The notes under the pieces: model-generated
Database searches by the model: none
The model's input: the letters and a program-made list of their open reading frames with translations, nothing else
Told to the model about the DNA's origin: nothing
Assembly (NCBI RefSeq): GCF_001194135.2
Contig: NC_068982.1
Location: 98,595,085-98,643,036 of the forward strand
From: Octopus bimaculoides
Taxonomy: Eukaryota
Direction: 5' to 3'
Length of the DNA: 47,952 bases
Position numbers and translations under genes: made by a program
In this document: in pieces, positions 37,401 to 47,952 of the stretch
Layout of the letters: each line of letters begins with the position of its first letter
Numbering within the stretch: the stretch's first letter is position 1

Positions 37401-39052
37401 ATTGAGTATTACTCTCTCGTTCGTGACTACTTGTGTGTGTGTGTGTGATTGTGCCTATGCTTTTGTGTATTATTTAATCAATATATATATAATTGTGTAT
37501 GTATGTGTGAGTGTGAGTATGTGTGTGCGTGTGTGTGCATGTATGTGTGTGCGTGTATGTATGTGCCAAAACAACTTTTTACGAGTAAGCCCATTTTCCT
37601 GTATTATAGCTCATATCTAAACAAAAAAATTGGAAAAGGAGAAATAAATGAAAATATTATCGTTTAAAACAATTCAGAAAGAGCAAAATAAATAAAACAG
37701 TGAGATGGGAGAAGATAAAAACGAGGTAATCAGTAGAAAATAGACACAGAAGCAAAGAGACGAAAAGAAAAACTACGAAAGAAGGAGCAGTGAACAGTGA
37801 GTAGAGGAAAACTGAAGGAAGGTAAGACGGAACGCTATGTTAAGAAATCTTGAAAGAGCGGCTAAATTTGTTTATGAATTTCAACGAGTCAAATAAAGCT
37901 ATTGTTTAAATAAACGAACGAATTCAAGCACTGGTTAGCTAAAACACGTAAAATGTTTTTAAATAAGAGTTCAAGGGTATACCAAACCAATGTTATTTTT
38001 TGTCTGTAAAACAATGGAGTTAGTATAAACAATGATTATTGTTTTTATTAGTTTATTGAAAAGTATAGAAAACTACGTTTACATCATTTAATAATATAAA
38101 CTCTGAAGATTAATATCTCTTTAAGAGTATGCTAATTTAATTGATATTGAATTAAATTTATTCACATACATTATGTCAATTAAAATCTAGGTTAAATTTA
38201 TTGAAAAACGCTGACGAAAAGGGGGAATGATTATTTATATTAAAATAGCTTCATACATTTGTTTGATATAATAAGAATAATTTTTAAAGAATACTTTGTA
38301 TGTAGTAAAGTATGAAGGGATTAAAAAATATCGTTTTAAAACTGAAAATCTAAACTCCCATACACGATGCATTCATTATGGATCTAACAGTTTGTAGATA
38401 AGCATTTATGTACTTACGTAAATTTTTAAAGAACGTCGAATAATATATGACAAGAACGACAAAAATGATAACTGACTGAATTAAAGATTAATATTTCGAT
38501 AAAGATTAAAATTTAGATAAATAATTCAATAAATATATAAAACTATATAAATATCTTAACACATTAAATGAACAATAAATATATAACAATGATAATAAAT
38601 AGATATATAAATATTCATAAACATTCATATTCACATCTCTGTATGATGAGACATGAATACGATGTGATATAAATATTGAAAAAAATATATTTAAAATTAT
38701 GCTTATTGGTATATAACATTGTGCATATAAAATGGACACAAATACAGATTAATAAAAGCTAACTCGCATATCTCAATGTTATAACATGAAATCCGATATA
38801 TTCTATATCAGAGAAAATATCATATCATATAAATCAAATATACTATGATATATCGAGTAATATAAATAAGCGGACGTGAATAGGAAGTGATTTGTAATAT
38901 TCCATTATATTAAGACGAATGCAAATCTATATTCAGGTAATTGGACATATTGGATAAAGTAAAAACTAAATATTGAATTAATGAAAGATTCTAATAGAGT
39001 CATTCAGAGAAATATTCATATATCCGTGTATATATATATGAATACATACACA

Positions 39053-39054
<2 letters not shown>

Positions 39055-39137
<83 letters not shown>

Positions 39138-39190
39138 CTGTGCGTCTGTGCGTGCTTGTGTGCATGCGTGCGCGCGCGCGCGTGTGTATG
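39055..39190. repeat. (TG)n followed by (CG)n-containing alternating tract
   Basis: Read directly. Confidence 0.97.
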
Positions 39191-39459
39191 CTAGACATGT
39201 GCCTTTAAATAAGTAATGTTTGTACAGATTGTATTTCATAGATATAGGATGGTTCTCTATCAGGATATAAGTTCAGTTGGTAATGTCTAAAACATTCAGA
39301 AATTTGTGCAGTTCCCGAGCGATTCTTTCCGAGTCTATATTGAGAAGAGGATTTTCAACAAAAAAGTTATACATTTTCCGTAGTACATAAATCCCAAAGT
39401 CACTTGTTTCCAATATATCACTTAGCCTCAGCTAGAATTTTCCATGTTCATTCAAAAGA

Positions 39460-39609
39460 TAAGTAGCTTGCTTACCAACCACATGGTTCCGGGTTCAGTC
39501 CCACTGCGTGGCACCTTGGGCAAGTGTCTTCTACTATAGCCTCGGGCCGACAAAAGCCTTGTGAGTGGATTTGGTAGACGGAAACTGAAAGAAGCCCGTC
39601 GTATATATG

Positions 39610-39644
<35 letters not shown>

Positions 39645-39858
39645 TTGTGTGTCTGTGTTTGTCTTCCTAGCATTGCTTGACAACCGATGCTGGTGTGTTT
39701 ATGTCCCCGTCACTTAGCGGTTCGGCAAAAAGAGACCGATAGAATAAGTACTAGGCTTACAAAGAATAAGTCCCGGGGTCGATTTGCTCGACTAAAGGCG
39801 GTGCTCCAGCATGGCCGCAGTCAAATGACTGAAACAAGTAAAAGAGTAAAAGAGTAAA
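39460..39858 (+). mobile_element. tRNA-derived SINE family B, apparently young, A-box missing
   Basis: TAAGTAGCTTGCTTACCAACCACATGGTTCCGGGTTCAGTCCCACTGCG...GGCCGCAGTCAAATGACTGAAACAAGTAAAAGAGTAAAAGAGTAAA; short repeated tail. Confidence 0.95.
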
Positions 39859-39917
39859 CTGAAAGCGAAATGCCCATGGATTTTTCTTGGCTTACAGAAG
39901 TAGTTTGTACACTGATT

Positions 39918-40637
39918 GCACACAGAGTAATGCCGCTCAGCAAAGATTAACCTTGAACTCTGCTGTACATGCGCACGAAGTTTTAACATTCTAGTTCACT
40001 TCAGCTATTTACGGCAGTGCTTGGAAAGAAGGTGTGTAGTGTGCGATTGTCGCATTGACCATGACAGAGAGCGTTGTTATGGCGACACCTGCTCAGAGGC
40101 CTACGCAAAGTTACAGACAAATGTCGATATTGATGAACGTTCTGGGAGACCCGCAACCAACAAAACTGAGAATAACATCGTAGATGTGTGTGAAGCTGTG
40201 AGTTATCAAGGGATGTGCAGATTAATTACGGTCCAGTTTAGTCCATTATCACTGAAGATTTGAGTATGAAACGCGTGTCTGCCAAGTTTGCGCCAAAACT
40301 GCTTTCAGCTGACCAAAAAGACACTCGGGTTTCAGTTGCACAAGAACGATGAAAACTTTTTGAAAACTTTGCATAGGTCTCTGAACTGGTATCGCCAAGC
40401 TTTTGGCAAAATTTGAGGCAGATTCTCTGCTCAACTTTGTCATGACCAAAGCGACGATCACACACTACACACCTTCCTTCCAAGCACTGCTGTAAACAGC
40501 GGAAGTGAGCTAGAACGTTAAAATTCAGTGCACATGCACAACAGAGTCCAATGTTAATCTGTGCTAAGCGGCTTTACTCTGCGTGCTTTAGTTTCGTTAC
40601 TATGGCAACAGTCCGGATACTTATTGATCAGACTACG
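39918..40637. mobile_element. Rearranged mariner: two convergent 5' ends
   Basis: Plus: MTESV..GDTCSEAYAKL..DIDERSGRPAT..EDLSMKRVSAKFAPKLLSADQKDTRVSVAQE; minus: VEQRICLKFCQKLGDTSSETYAKF; arms 39918-40110 and 40352-40583 are reverse complements; TIR-like CGTAGTCTGATCAATAAGTATCCGGACT with TA at 40638-9. Confidence 0.9.
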
Positions 40638-41399
40638 TATGTAAGATATCTACGTAAGATATCTCGTACATATGTAGATACATATGGAAATCTTCTATGT
40701 ATGTATGTATGTATGTATGTATGTATGTATATATGTGTGTGTGTGTGTCTGTGTGGGGGGTATTTCACATAAGGATATGTTCAATTGTAAATTTCCAAAA
40801 TTCAATGAGTTTCTATTTACATTATTAATTATTCACTGTTGATTTATCATGTCTTATTTGCTTAATTGTATTTAAGTATTTATTTAATTATTTATTCCTA
40901 TAAATCCAATCTTACTCGTACTCTATTATTCTGATAATATAAATTTCCTGCATGAATATATATTTAGGAAGACTGTTCATTCCTCTTTTCTTAACATATT
41001 TTACGGTTCCTCTGATCAGCTGACTTTGGTAAGCCCAAATTACATCAACATTTTCCAATTAATTCACTCCATATTCTAATTAACTTAATGTCATTGAATA
41101 ACTTTACACTCCGAAATAAAAATTATGGCTGAAGTTTCAATTCTTTTAATTAACATAATCTTAATTTTCTATGCAGTGATATATACACCAGGATTCATGG
41201 TTCCTATTAACGATACTCTCTTAGACACAAATTATGGCTCTGATCTTTAGCATTGCTTGAAATTTGGAATAGAATATTTTCAATAAGAACGGAATAGAAT
41301 AATATTTTTAATAAGAATGGATATATTTTAGTTCATCAGTAATTCCGAAAATGGTTACCCTTTACTTAGAAGTTTATTAAAACTTTTCAGTCGAGCTTA

Positions 41400-41610
41400 A
41401 TCTAGAGTTCTATGCTCTTGTTAAAGTTTGACATGGCCCTGTCAACGATGTTTCTTGTTATTGAAGGGTTTGTCAAACTCATAAGTTCCAAATGTATTAT
41501 GACAAAATCGTAGAATTTTTCCTGTTGCTTGAGAAGTTTTGGTAAAGATGTCAAAGGTAGCGAACCTTGAAAGTTATCTCTGTTAGGCTTCTTAACCCCT
41601 CTCATTTCTG
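41400..41610 (-). mobile_element. Decayed LINE reverse-transcriptase fragment (CR1/L2-like)
   Basis: KKPNRDNFQGSLPLTSLPKLLKQ...IIHLE resembles the K.....NYRPISLTS..KLLE...HLE RT subdomain. Confidence 0.45.
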
Positions 41611-43050
41611 TCCTGAATTATTGTGATCACTAAATATCTTTTGCTATGCAAGACCCATTGAGACTGAGCAAACATGTGAATAGATTTAACTGATAAAATT
41701 TGGTTGTTGGGATGGTGAACTAGTCATGAAGTTATATTGAGCATCATATTTGAATATTTGACTTAAACATTGGTCTAAAGAGATAATTGTATTTCTGTGG
41801 GGAAATGATCCATTAGTTTCAAGAAATTCCTGACTATGTTTGTAGTGGCTTCTATATTATGTGACAGATTAAATTCAAATGCTTTCTTCTTCCTAGTTCT
41901 TATCCGTATAATTTGTTTTACTGAAACTGCTTCCAGTTAGTGCATCACTATAATAGCGTGCTGTTCTAGTGAAGATATCCGTACCCGAAAATAGATTCGA
42001 GAAAAATTTAATAGGAATATTAAAGAAATTTCACTTTAGAAGTTTCACTTAAGCATGCTAGTTAGCAAAAATCTGTCTATAGCTGACACACCAGTTATAA
42101 CATTATACTTACGGACAGACTAATTCTGCTTCACACAAAGCCGAATGAAGAGAACATTTACATCCTTAGAACCACCCGACAGCCACATGGTGAGCCTTGT
42201 GGCCCAAAAACTACCAAGGAATACTCTGATCTATGCCCACACACACACCTATATATTTATATATATATATATATATNNNNNNNNNNNNNNNNNNNNNNNN
42301 NNNNNNNNNNNNNNNNNNNNNNNNNNNNNNNNNNNNNNNNNNNNNNNNNNNNNNNNNNNNNNNNNNNNNNNNNNNNNNNNNNNNNNNNNNNNNNNNNNNN
42401 NNNNNNNNNNNNNNNNNNNNNNNNNNNNNNNNNNNNNNNNNNNNNNNNNNNNNNNNNNNNNNNNNNNNNNNNNNNNNNNNNNNNNNNNNNNNNNNNNNNN
42501 NNNNNNNNNNNNNNNNNNNNNNNNNNNNNNNNNNNNNNNNNNNNNNNNNNNNNNNNNNNNNNNNNNNNNNNNNNNNNNNNNNNNNNNNNNNNNNNNNNNN
42601 NNNNNNNNNNNNNNNNNNNNNNNNNNNNNNNNNNNNNNNNNNNNNNNNNNNNNNNNNNNNNNNNNNNNNNNNNNNNNNNNNNNNNNNNNNNNNNNNNNNN
42701 NNNNNNNNNNNNNNNNNNNNNNNNNNNNNNNNNNNNNNNNNNNNNNNNNNNNNNNNNNNNNNNNNNNNNNNNNNNNNNNNNNNNNNNNNNNNNNNNNNNN
42801 NNNNNNNNNNNNNNNNNNNNNNNNNNNNNNNNNNNNNNNNNNNNNNNNNNNNNNNNNNNNNNNNNNNNNNNNNNNNNNNNNNNNNNNNNNNNNNNNNNNN
42901 NNNNNNNNNNNNNNNNNNNNNNNNNNNNNNNNNNNNNNNNNNNNNNNNNNNNNNNNNNNNNTATATATATATGTATATGCATTCATATATGTATATACAT
43001 ATATATTTGCATAAATACATACACTCGCATATATATAGATGTTGTCGATC

Positions 43051-43312
43051 TAGTTTGGATTCTTTGCCATCAAATTTGAATTTTTTGCAATCAAATTTGA
43101 ATTTTTCAAAGAGACTTTGTAAGACAAGCTAAAACACAGAAAACGGTCAACAGGCATGCGCTGAAGTCTTGCAAACGGTAGAAAGTGGGAGTATTCATCC
43201 TCGAAAGAATATTCGATGACCACAAATCGATTCGAAGCTAGTTTCTCGAAACTGGTGCTCAAGCTTTGAAAAAAAAAGAGTTAAACTACATCGGCCGTAA
43301 GGAAATACATGT
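43051..43312 (+). repeat. Left arm of a ~260-bp inverted repeat
   Basis: Reverse complement of 44212-44452 (about 16 differences in a 135-bp stretch compared by eye); internal ~22-bp tandem duplication at 43063-43106. Confidence 0.92.
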
Positions 43313-43975
43313 CTATCTTATCTAACTCGTCCAGTAGAGCCCACTGTTACTCGAACTTCGATCTAACCCCGAGCTTGGGACAACAAACTCGAGTTGGATA
43401 AACTCGAATAGTAAGCTATATGCTCTTTAAAACCGTTTTATGAAGTCACTTTTTTTTTTTTCAATTGTTCAATTTGCATCTCCTGAAAGCGAACGGACTG
43501 GTTCTTTTAAGGTCGCTCCTGGGTAAAGTCTGAATAGAAAGCTCGAATAGTATAGTTCTCGAATGAAAACTCTGCAGCTATCAAGAACTTATGAGCATTA
43601 CTTTTGCATCATACTATTACTAATAGCAATTCACCATACGTAGGCATAAAGGAAAAAATGAGCTCATACTAATCCTGATATAACGACCTGCCTGAATGCG
43701 TCCACGTGCATGCCTTGTACAATAGACAGTCTAGTTAAAAGACATACCACATGGGGAGGGAGGCTGTAGCATAAGCCCGCGCTTTAAAGCAATTTTATGC
43801 AATTTTGTGGGAGGGGGAGAGGTGATTAAAAGTTATGATTAAAAGTTATGATCAACAGTTGTTGATTTAAATCAGACCAGGTTTATTAGCTATCCTGAGA
43901 TAAGGGTTTTTACATTTTCCCAACTGATAATTCTCGCAAAAAAAAGTTTCAGTTTGTAAAAATGTACAAATTATC

Positions 43976-44300
43976 TTGAATGAACTGTTCAAACATACGC
44001 AAAAAATAGAAAAAGAAACATTCGTTTATGATCTCCCCTTGTTCAGACTGATCGACGTAACGGAGCATCTTTTGGTAGAAGCTATCACAGTGTTCATGAA
44101 TTATTTCATCGAACTTTTCAGATATCAATTGGTAAAGCTCCGGCTCGTTCTTTGCCTCGTCTTGGATAACCGAGCGTTTCCAAACGGAGAAAAAGAGTTA
44201 AAATAGATCAGCCTTACGGCTGATGTAGTTTAACTTTTTCTTTTTTTTTTTTTTTCAAGGCTTGATTGCCAATTTCGAGAAACTAACTTCGAATCGATTT
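43976..44300 (+). mobile_element. Possible pogo/Tigger-type DDE transposase remnant
   Basis: FVYDLPL...VFMNYFIELF...LCLVLDN and, past a T-run, QGLIANFEKL loosely resemble DDE_1 motifs (LDN..H, DQGII..FK). Weak. Confidence 0.3.
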
Positions 44301-44452
44301 GTGGTCATCGAATATTCTTTCAAGGATGAAGACTCCTACTTCCTGCCGGTTGCAACAGTTCAGCGCATGCCTGTTGACCGTTTTCTGCGTTTTAGCTTGT
44401 CTTACAAAGTCTCTTTGAAAAATTCAAATTTGATTGCAAAGAATCCAAACTA
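44212..44452 (-). repeat. Right arm of the ~260-bp inverted repeat (runs into gap)
   Basis: Reverse complement of 43051-43312; ends GAATCCAAACTA at the N-gap. Confidence 0.92.
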
Positions 44453-45264
44453 NNNNNNNNNNNNNNNNNNNNNNNNNNNNNNNNNNNNNNNNNNNNNNNN
44501 NNNNNNNNNNNNNNNNNNNNNNNNNNNNNNNNNNTATATACACCAATTACATCGAGGAAAAGCCAATTTAATGAACTAAAACAACACACAAAAACTGATA
44601 AATTCACATATTCACTTTTCATTTATTTCTTGAGCAGTCAAAATTTTCGACGCATTCCTGCGACCTGGTCACTGGTACAATTTCATCGTTACTGTTTGAA
44701 ATTTAGTTGATTGCACATTCATATAGGCCTCAGACTTCTTATTTACTTCCTCTTCAGCTTATAGGTATGTGTGAATCTGCTTCGAAAATGTTTCATTGCT
44801 TTCTCTTTTCGCCATCAATCTTGGTTATCACTTGAAGTTTCCATTCTTTATCCGTTTAGCGGTTAGTATGTCTCATTCATTATTACCACCATCTTTGATC
44901 TGTTTTCCTTCGTTTCTTTCTCTCATCTCCTTCACTTGTCTTGATGTTTATCTTTGAACTTATGTAGATGTTTTCCGCTATATATAAATATAACGTATTT
45001 TAGTACATATTCTTGTGGTACAAGTCTACAGAAATTATATTCTTGCTATGCAGATGAAATTGTATTTTAAGCAGTGCAGTGTAAATATTAAAAGAAAATT
45101 CAAGACAATGAACGATAATTGGTTGCAGATCAAATATTATATTGGATCTACCTACCAGGTTCTTATTTGGAGAACCTCTCTTCTAAATAAGTCACCTCCC
45201 CACGGCTAAAATATGTAAGTCTACCCATCACACACAGCGGTCTTACGACACTTGTCTCTATGTC

Positions 45265-45475
<211 letters not shown>

Positions 45476-45650
45476 AAGTAAACAAACAAAGTTTGTTTTT
45501 AGAAGCGTTGAGATGTATTTTAAGATACAGAAATAAATTTATTTCTCAAACGCGTGATAATGCTATAAATAGCGTGATCAGGATAAATTATCCATACATT
45601 GTAGAAAAATACGTTACTGGTCAGCCATGAGACTCGAACTCACATCTCTG

Positions 45651-45690
<40 letters not shown>

Positions 45691-45693
<3 letters not shown>

Positions 45694-46225
45694 GCTGAAT
45701 AAAAAAGTAAGCAACGTTTTGAAACATGAAATTTAGCACAATATATTTCAGGGATGCAGAAATCAAAGTAAGTACCATTACAATCAACACATTTTTGCCA
45801 ATCTGTTACAAGTCTGTTTATTCCGGTCACTTAAAAATCTGATGTTTTGGAGCTGATGAACTCTTTGAACACACTTTCAGCATCGGTTTGATTTTTGAAC
45901 TCCTTCTCTCACAGGAAACCATCAAGGTTTTTTTTTTTTTTTGAAAAAGTGGTAGTCGGTAGGAGAAAGGTCTGTGGAATAAGCTGGTGGGCGGGGAGGG
46001 AACTTGAAGCCAAATTCCCTCAACTTCTGGAGCATCATTAGTGAAATGTATGGTCGAGCATTGTCATGAGGAATGGTTGACACTCTTCTGTTGACCAGTC
46101 TGGGACAGGAGTAGCAGTTTTTTTGTTCATTTTGGCAATTTCATGACAATATGTTTCTGCAGTGATGGTTTTTCCAGGTTTTAAGAAGTTATAGTGAATG
46201 AGTCCAGCAGTACACCACCAAGTCA
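45691..46225 (-). mobile_element. Mariner 3' half, cecropia/Hsmar1-like, abutting (TA)n
   Basis: WWCTAGLIHYNFLKPGKTITAETYCHEI...HDNARPYISLMMLQKLREFGF...YSTDLSPTDYHFFK/LDGFL*EKEFKNQTDAESVFKEFISSK...GINRLVTDWQKCVDCNGTYFD; terminus CAGGCTGAATAAAAAAGTAAG next to (TA)n at 45655-45690. Confidence 0.93.
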
Positions 46226-46769
46226 GATGATCTTCTCAGAAAAGTTGTTCCTTAATTTTAAGGGATCCTTTTTATTCATCAAATACGTGCGTGCGTGTGT
46301 TTATGTGTGTATGTATTTACTTATGTATTGCACGTACAGTAGCTTGGTGTAATCAATTTGTTGTCTTCTATTATAAAAAGGCAAGTGCTCTATGGCCGGG
46401 ATTTAATAACTTCTATCGGAGCCGCTTGACATCAAGTACTCAGTCTATCAGGTGTGTCCACCTTTTCAAAACTTCTTTACAAATTTTGGCTCTTTAATCT
46501 TTATTGAATATCGAATGTACTGAGGAGATTACCTCTTAAAATGAGACACAATTTCCAACCAATAAAATAACACAGTGCATACTCTTACGAAATCGATTTA
46601 ACACCAACGGCTCACTCAACTCACATTGTAAACAGTTATTACTGGATAATATCGCATGACTCACATACCATATACTCTATACCCCCACCCCTGCTATTAA
46701 GACATGAATCACGTACAAAATACGAATACCCCTTCAAACAAAATAGTACAGCTCACAGCCAACAAAGGA

Positions 46770-46930
46770 GCTTCTATGCGCTCGCTCAACATTCTAGAGA
46801 TAGTAGCCAAATTTCCTCATCATTTCCTCAAATCACACCCTAATATGTTACAGAAAAACATTGCAAAACGTAGTCCTAGATGGAATGGTCATGACCAGAA
46901 TTCCTTTAGTCATGGGTCTGCTTAATAAGG
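46770..46930 (+). repeat. Interspersed repeat family E
   Basis: Homologous to 32843-33010 (minus) and 20525-20610. Confidence 0.6.
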
Positions 46931-47026
46931 AATCACCTGAGACTATACAGCAAAAGACAACCCACGCTATACGAACTATACACAACAAATAAAACACTAA
47001 AATAACCAGATACAAAAACAAAAAAA

Positions 47027-47358
47027 GTGGCACTCCGTCGATTACGACAACGAGGGTTCCAGTTGATCCGATCAACGGAACAGACTGTTCGTGAAATTAA
47101 CGTTCAAGTGGCTGAGCATTCCACAGACACGCGTACCCTTAACATAGTTCTCAGGGAGATTCAGTATGACACAGACTGAGACGAGGATAGCCCTGTGATG
47201 TACAGGTATGTACAGATGCTACGCATTTTTGCCATCTGAGTGGGCTGGAGCAACATGAAATATAGTGTCTTGTTCAAGGAAACAACGCGCCGCCGGGAAT
47301 CGAACTCATAACCTGATGACTGTCAACCGAATACCCTAACCACTAAGCCACGCACCTT
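47027..47358 (-). mobile_element. tRNA-derived SINE, family D (full length)
   Basis: A box TGGCTTAGTGG (47350-47340), B box GAGTTCGATTCCC (47307-47295), body TTTCCTTGAACAAGACACTATATTTCATGTTGCTCCAGCCCACTCAG, T-rich tail at about 46985-47026. Confidence 0.88.
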
Positions 47359-47517
47359 CTACAAATAAAACAAAGCCCACGACAATGCAAAATTTATATG
47401 AACCTGAATTCCCGAAAGACAATGCTGCACACGTCTCAGGAAGAGGAGGAGCATCTTGCGATGCAGTAGATACTCGCCTCAAATATAATGAGATATGATG
47501 AATATCATATTATCTTC

Positions 47518-47707
47518 TATTGTCACAAGGCCTGAAATTTGAGGAGTGGGGTCAGTTCGATTATATCGACTCCAGTAATCGATAGGTACTTTATTTTATG
47601 GATCACCAGAAGGACGAAAGGCAAAGTTGACCTAGGTTGGATTTGAACTAGAAGCGTAAGCTATTACCGTATGACATTTTATCAGGCGCTCTAGCGATCC
47701 TACCAAG
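47518..47707 (-). mobile_element. Diverged family A SINE
   Basis: CACAAGGCCTGAAATTT...TATATCGACTCCAG...TTATTTTATGGATC...GAAAGGCAAAGTTGACC...ATTTGAAC. Confidence 0.8.
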
Positions 47708-47952
47708 GGTAATAATGGTTTTGGAAATGAAATAAAGAATACTTACGGTCTGCACTAATAGACTGAATGAGACTTGTTTTGCTCACTTCTGACGGTTCCC
47801 AATTCTGGAAATATATATATATTTATATATAAATGGAGACGTTCAGTATTATATGTCTAGGTTTATAATATAATCATGTGTCTGTGGGCATGCTAATATA
47901 TGCAAGCGCGCATGCATATGGTGTGTGTGTATGTGCGTGCGTATTTGTGGGG

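Noticed and set aside
39055-39190. Z-DNA-prone (TG)n-(CG)n tract
   Set aside because: Real, but such tracts are frequent throughout this window and unremarkable.

Overview
AT-rich, microsatellite-dense animal scaffold with five N-gaps (14386-14999, 15564-16184, 21800-21966, 42277-42961, 44453-44533). The SINE and LINE families match those I recall from Octopus (cephalopod) genomes; that taxonomic call is from memory and unverified. I find no intact protein-coding gene, RNA gene or CRISPR array, and most ORF-track entries are microsatellite or gap artefacts. The window is a transposon graveyard: about 14 tRNA-derived SINE copies in three families, three R4/Dong-type (RLE) LINE fragments associated with (TAA)n, L1/Tx1, CR1 and RTE remnants, and three mariner remnants. 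Best leads: (1) a decayed minus-strand superfamily-1 helicase-like sequence at about 9.8-10.6 kb with RNA-virus-like motif order and spacing, plus a second decayed ORF downstream (candidate endogenous RNA-virus element; tentative); (2) an apparently ORF1-only L1/Tx1 (half-L1-like) element abutting a broken SINE head; (3) a convergent mariner 5'-end/5'-end chimera; (4) a young repeat fused twice to divergent R4/Dong 3' ends; (5) several fold-back structures.
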